Below, in pieces: positions 63,204-64,000 of a stretch of 64,000 bases of DNA (the first letter of the stretch is position 1; the number at the start of each line of letters is the position of its first letter). The notes beneath the pieces were generated by a model. It was not told the origin of the DNA. It did not search any database and worked only from the letters and a program-made list of their open reading frames with translations. Position numbers and translations under genes: made by a program. Location: the NCBI RefSeq assembly GCF_009914755.1, contig NC_060941.1; one strand, written 5' to 3'. This DNA comes from the human T2T-CHM13v2.0 reference genome, Homo sapiens.

Positions 63204-64000
63204 GTGAGGCCCACCTCCCACCTTCCCCCCCACGCCCAGGCGTTGGCGTCGTGGGTCCTGTCCTGTTGGTCGTCATCTGCCACCCGGTCTGTCTTCCCCT
63301 GTCCTGACTCCTGGAAAGAGAGTGGGCTTTGCATCCCAGTCTCACTATTGCCACCTGCCAATGGCACTGCTTCTCTGAGCCTCTGCTGCTTTTCTTGTGT
63401 AACAAAATGAATAATACCTGCCCTGAGGGGCTATGGCAGGTAAAGGAGAGTGCAGGCAGAGGTTGCAGAGGTGAACTTTCTCTGGGTCCTGGGGCCTCAT
63501 CGGGACCCAGTGATCCAGGCTCCCTCCTGAGGCTGGTGCAGGGAGCTCCTTAATTCAGTAAGTTGGGCAATGCCAGCAGAGCCGTGGTGACCCTGTTTTT
63601 ATCTCCTGCCCTCCCCCACATTCCTTCCAATATCATCAACCCTGGGAATCGCCTCTTAGGTGACGAAGCAAAAAACTCCAGCTAGTCAGCCCCAGAGCGG
63701 TTCCCAAGCCCGGGGCAGGCGCCTGAGAATCTGGGCCCTGGACTGGACGTGGGCCTGAGGTTCCCTACCACCCTCTCCCCTGGGGCCCAGGCTTCTGATG
63801 GGCTGCCAGAGCAGGGCCTGAGCCCCCAGGCTGCTGGAAGCTGGGCCGGGACAGTGTGGGAGGCCATTAAGCACTTATGGCAGCCCACCAGCCCCTCCCT
63901 CCAGGGAGCGTGCCTCCCTTGTCCCTGCCTTCCCCATGACATGGCCCTGTGGGAGCTGGGCCCTTGGCTCCCTGGCCTTCCCACTGGCTGAGGCCATGTT

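Noticed and set aside
62222-63405. 313-aa and 303-aa minus-strand ORFs antisense to exon 2
   Set aside because: They span the CA/TG repeat (HTHT runs) in GC-rich DNA; no recognisable domain

Overview
Primate genomic DNA, most likely human chr17p13.2 (recognised from the sequence, no database search). It holds two tandem + strand Spinster-family MFS transporter genes. The 3' part of SPNS3 has five coding exons (2298-2487, 28432-28497, 36085-36183, 36269-36440, 37663-37751) and an AATAAA at 38018. About 11 kb downstream lie the CpG-island promoter, exon 1 (CDS 48939-49308) and exon 2 (63138-63203) of SPNS2, the sphingosine-1-phosphate exporter. The rest is intronic or intergenic, with about 50 Alu pieces (nearly all before 46.3 kb), L2/L1/MIR/MLT/MER relics and a 1.46 kb (CCAT)n tract. 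I cannot support a new multi-gene system. The best leads are: a non-Alu 64-bp near-perfect inverted repeat about 1 kb apart in an SPNS3 intron; a strong-Kozak 12-codon uORF in the SPNS2 leader; an in-frame SPNS3-to-SPNS2 read-through splice option; an acidic dileucine motif in the SPNS3 tail; a perfect 27-bp palindrome next to two Alus sharing a triplicated target site; a mirtron-like 85-nt intron; and an antisense ORF with a signal-peptide-like start. Repeat boundaries and subfamilies are by eye and approximate.
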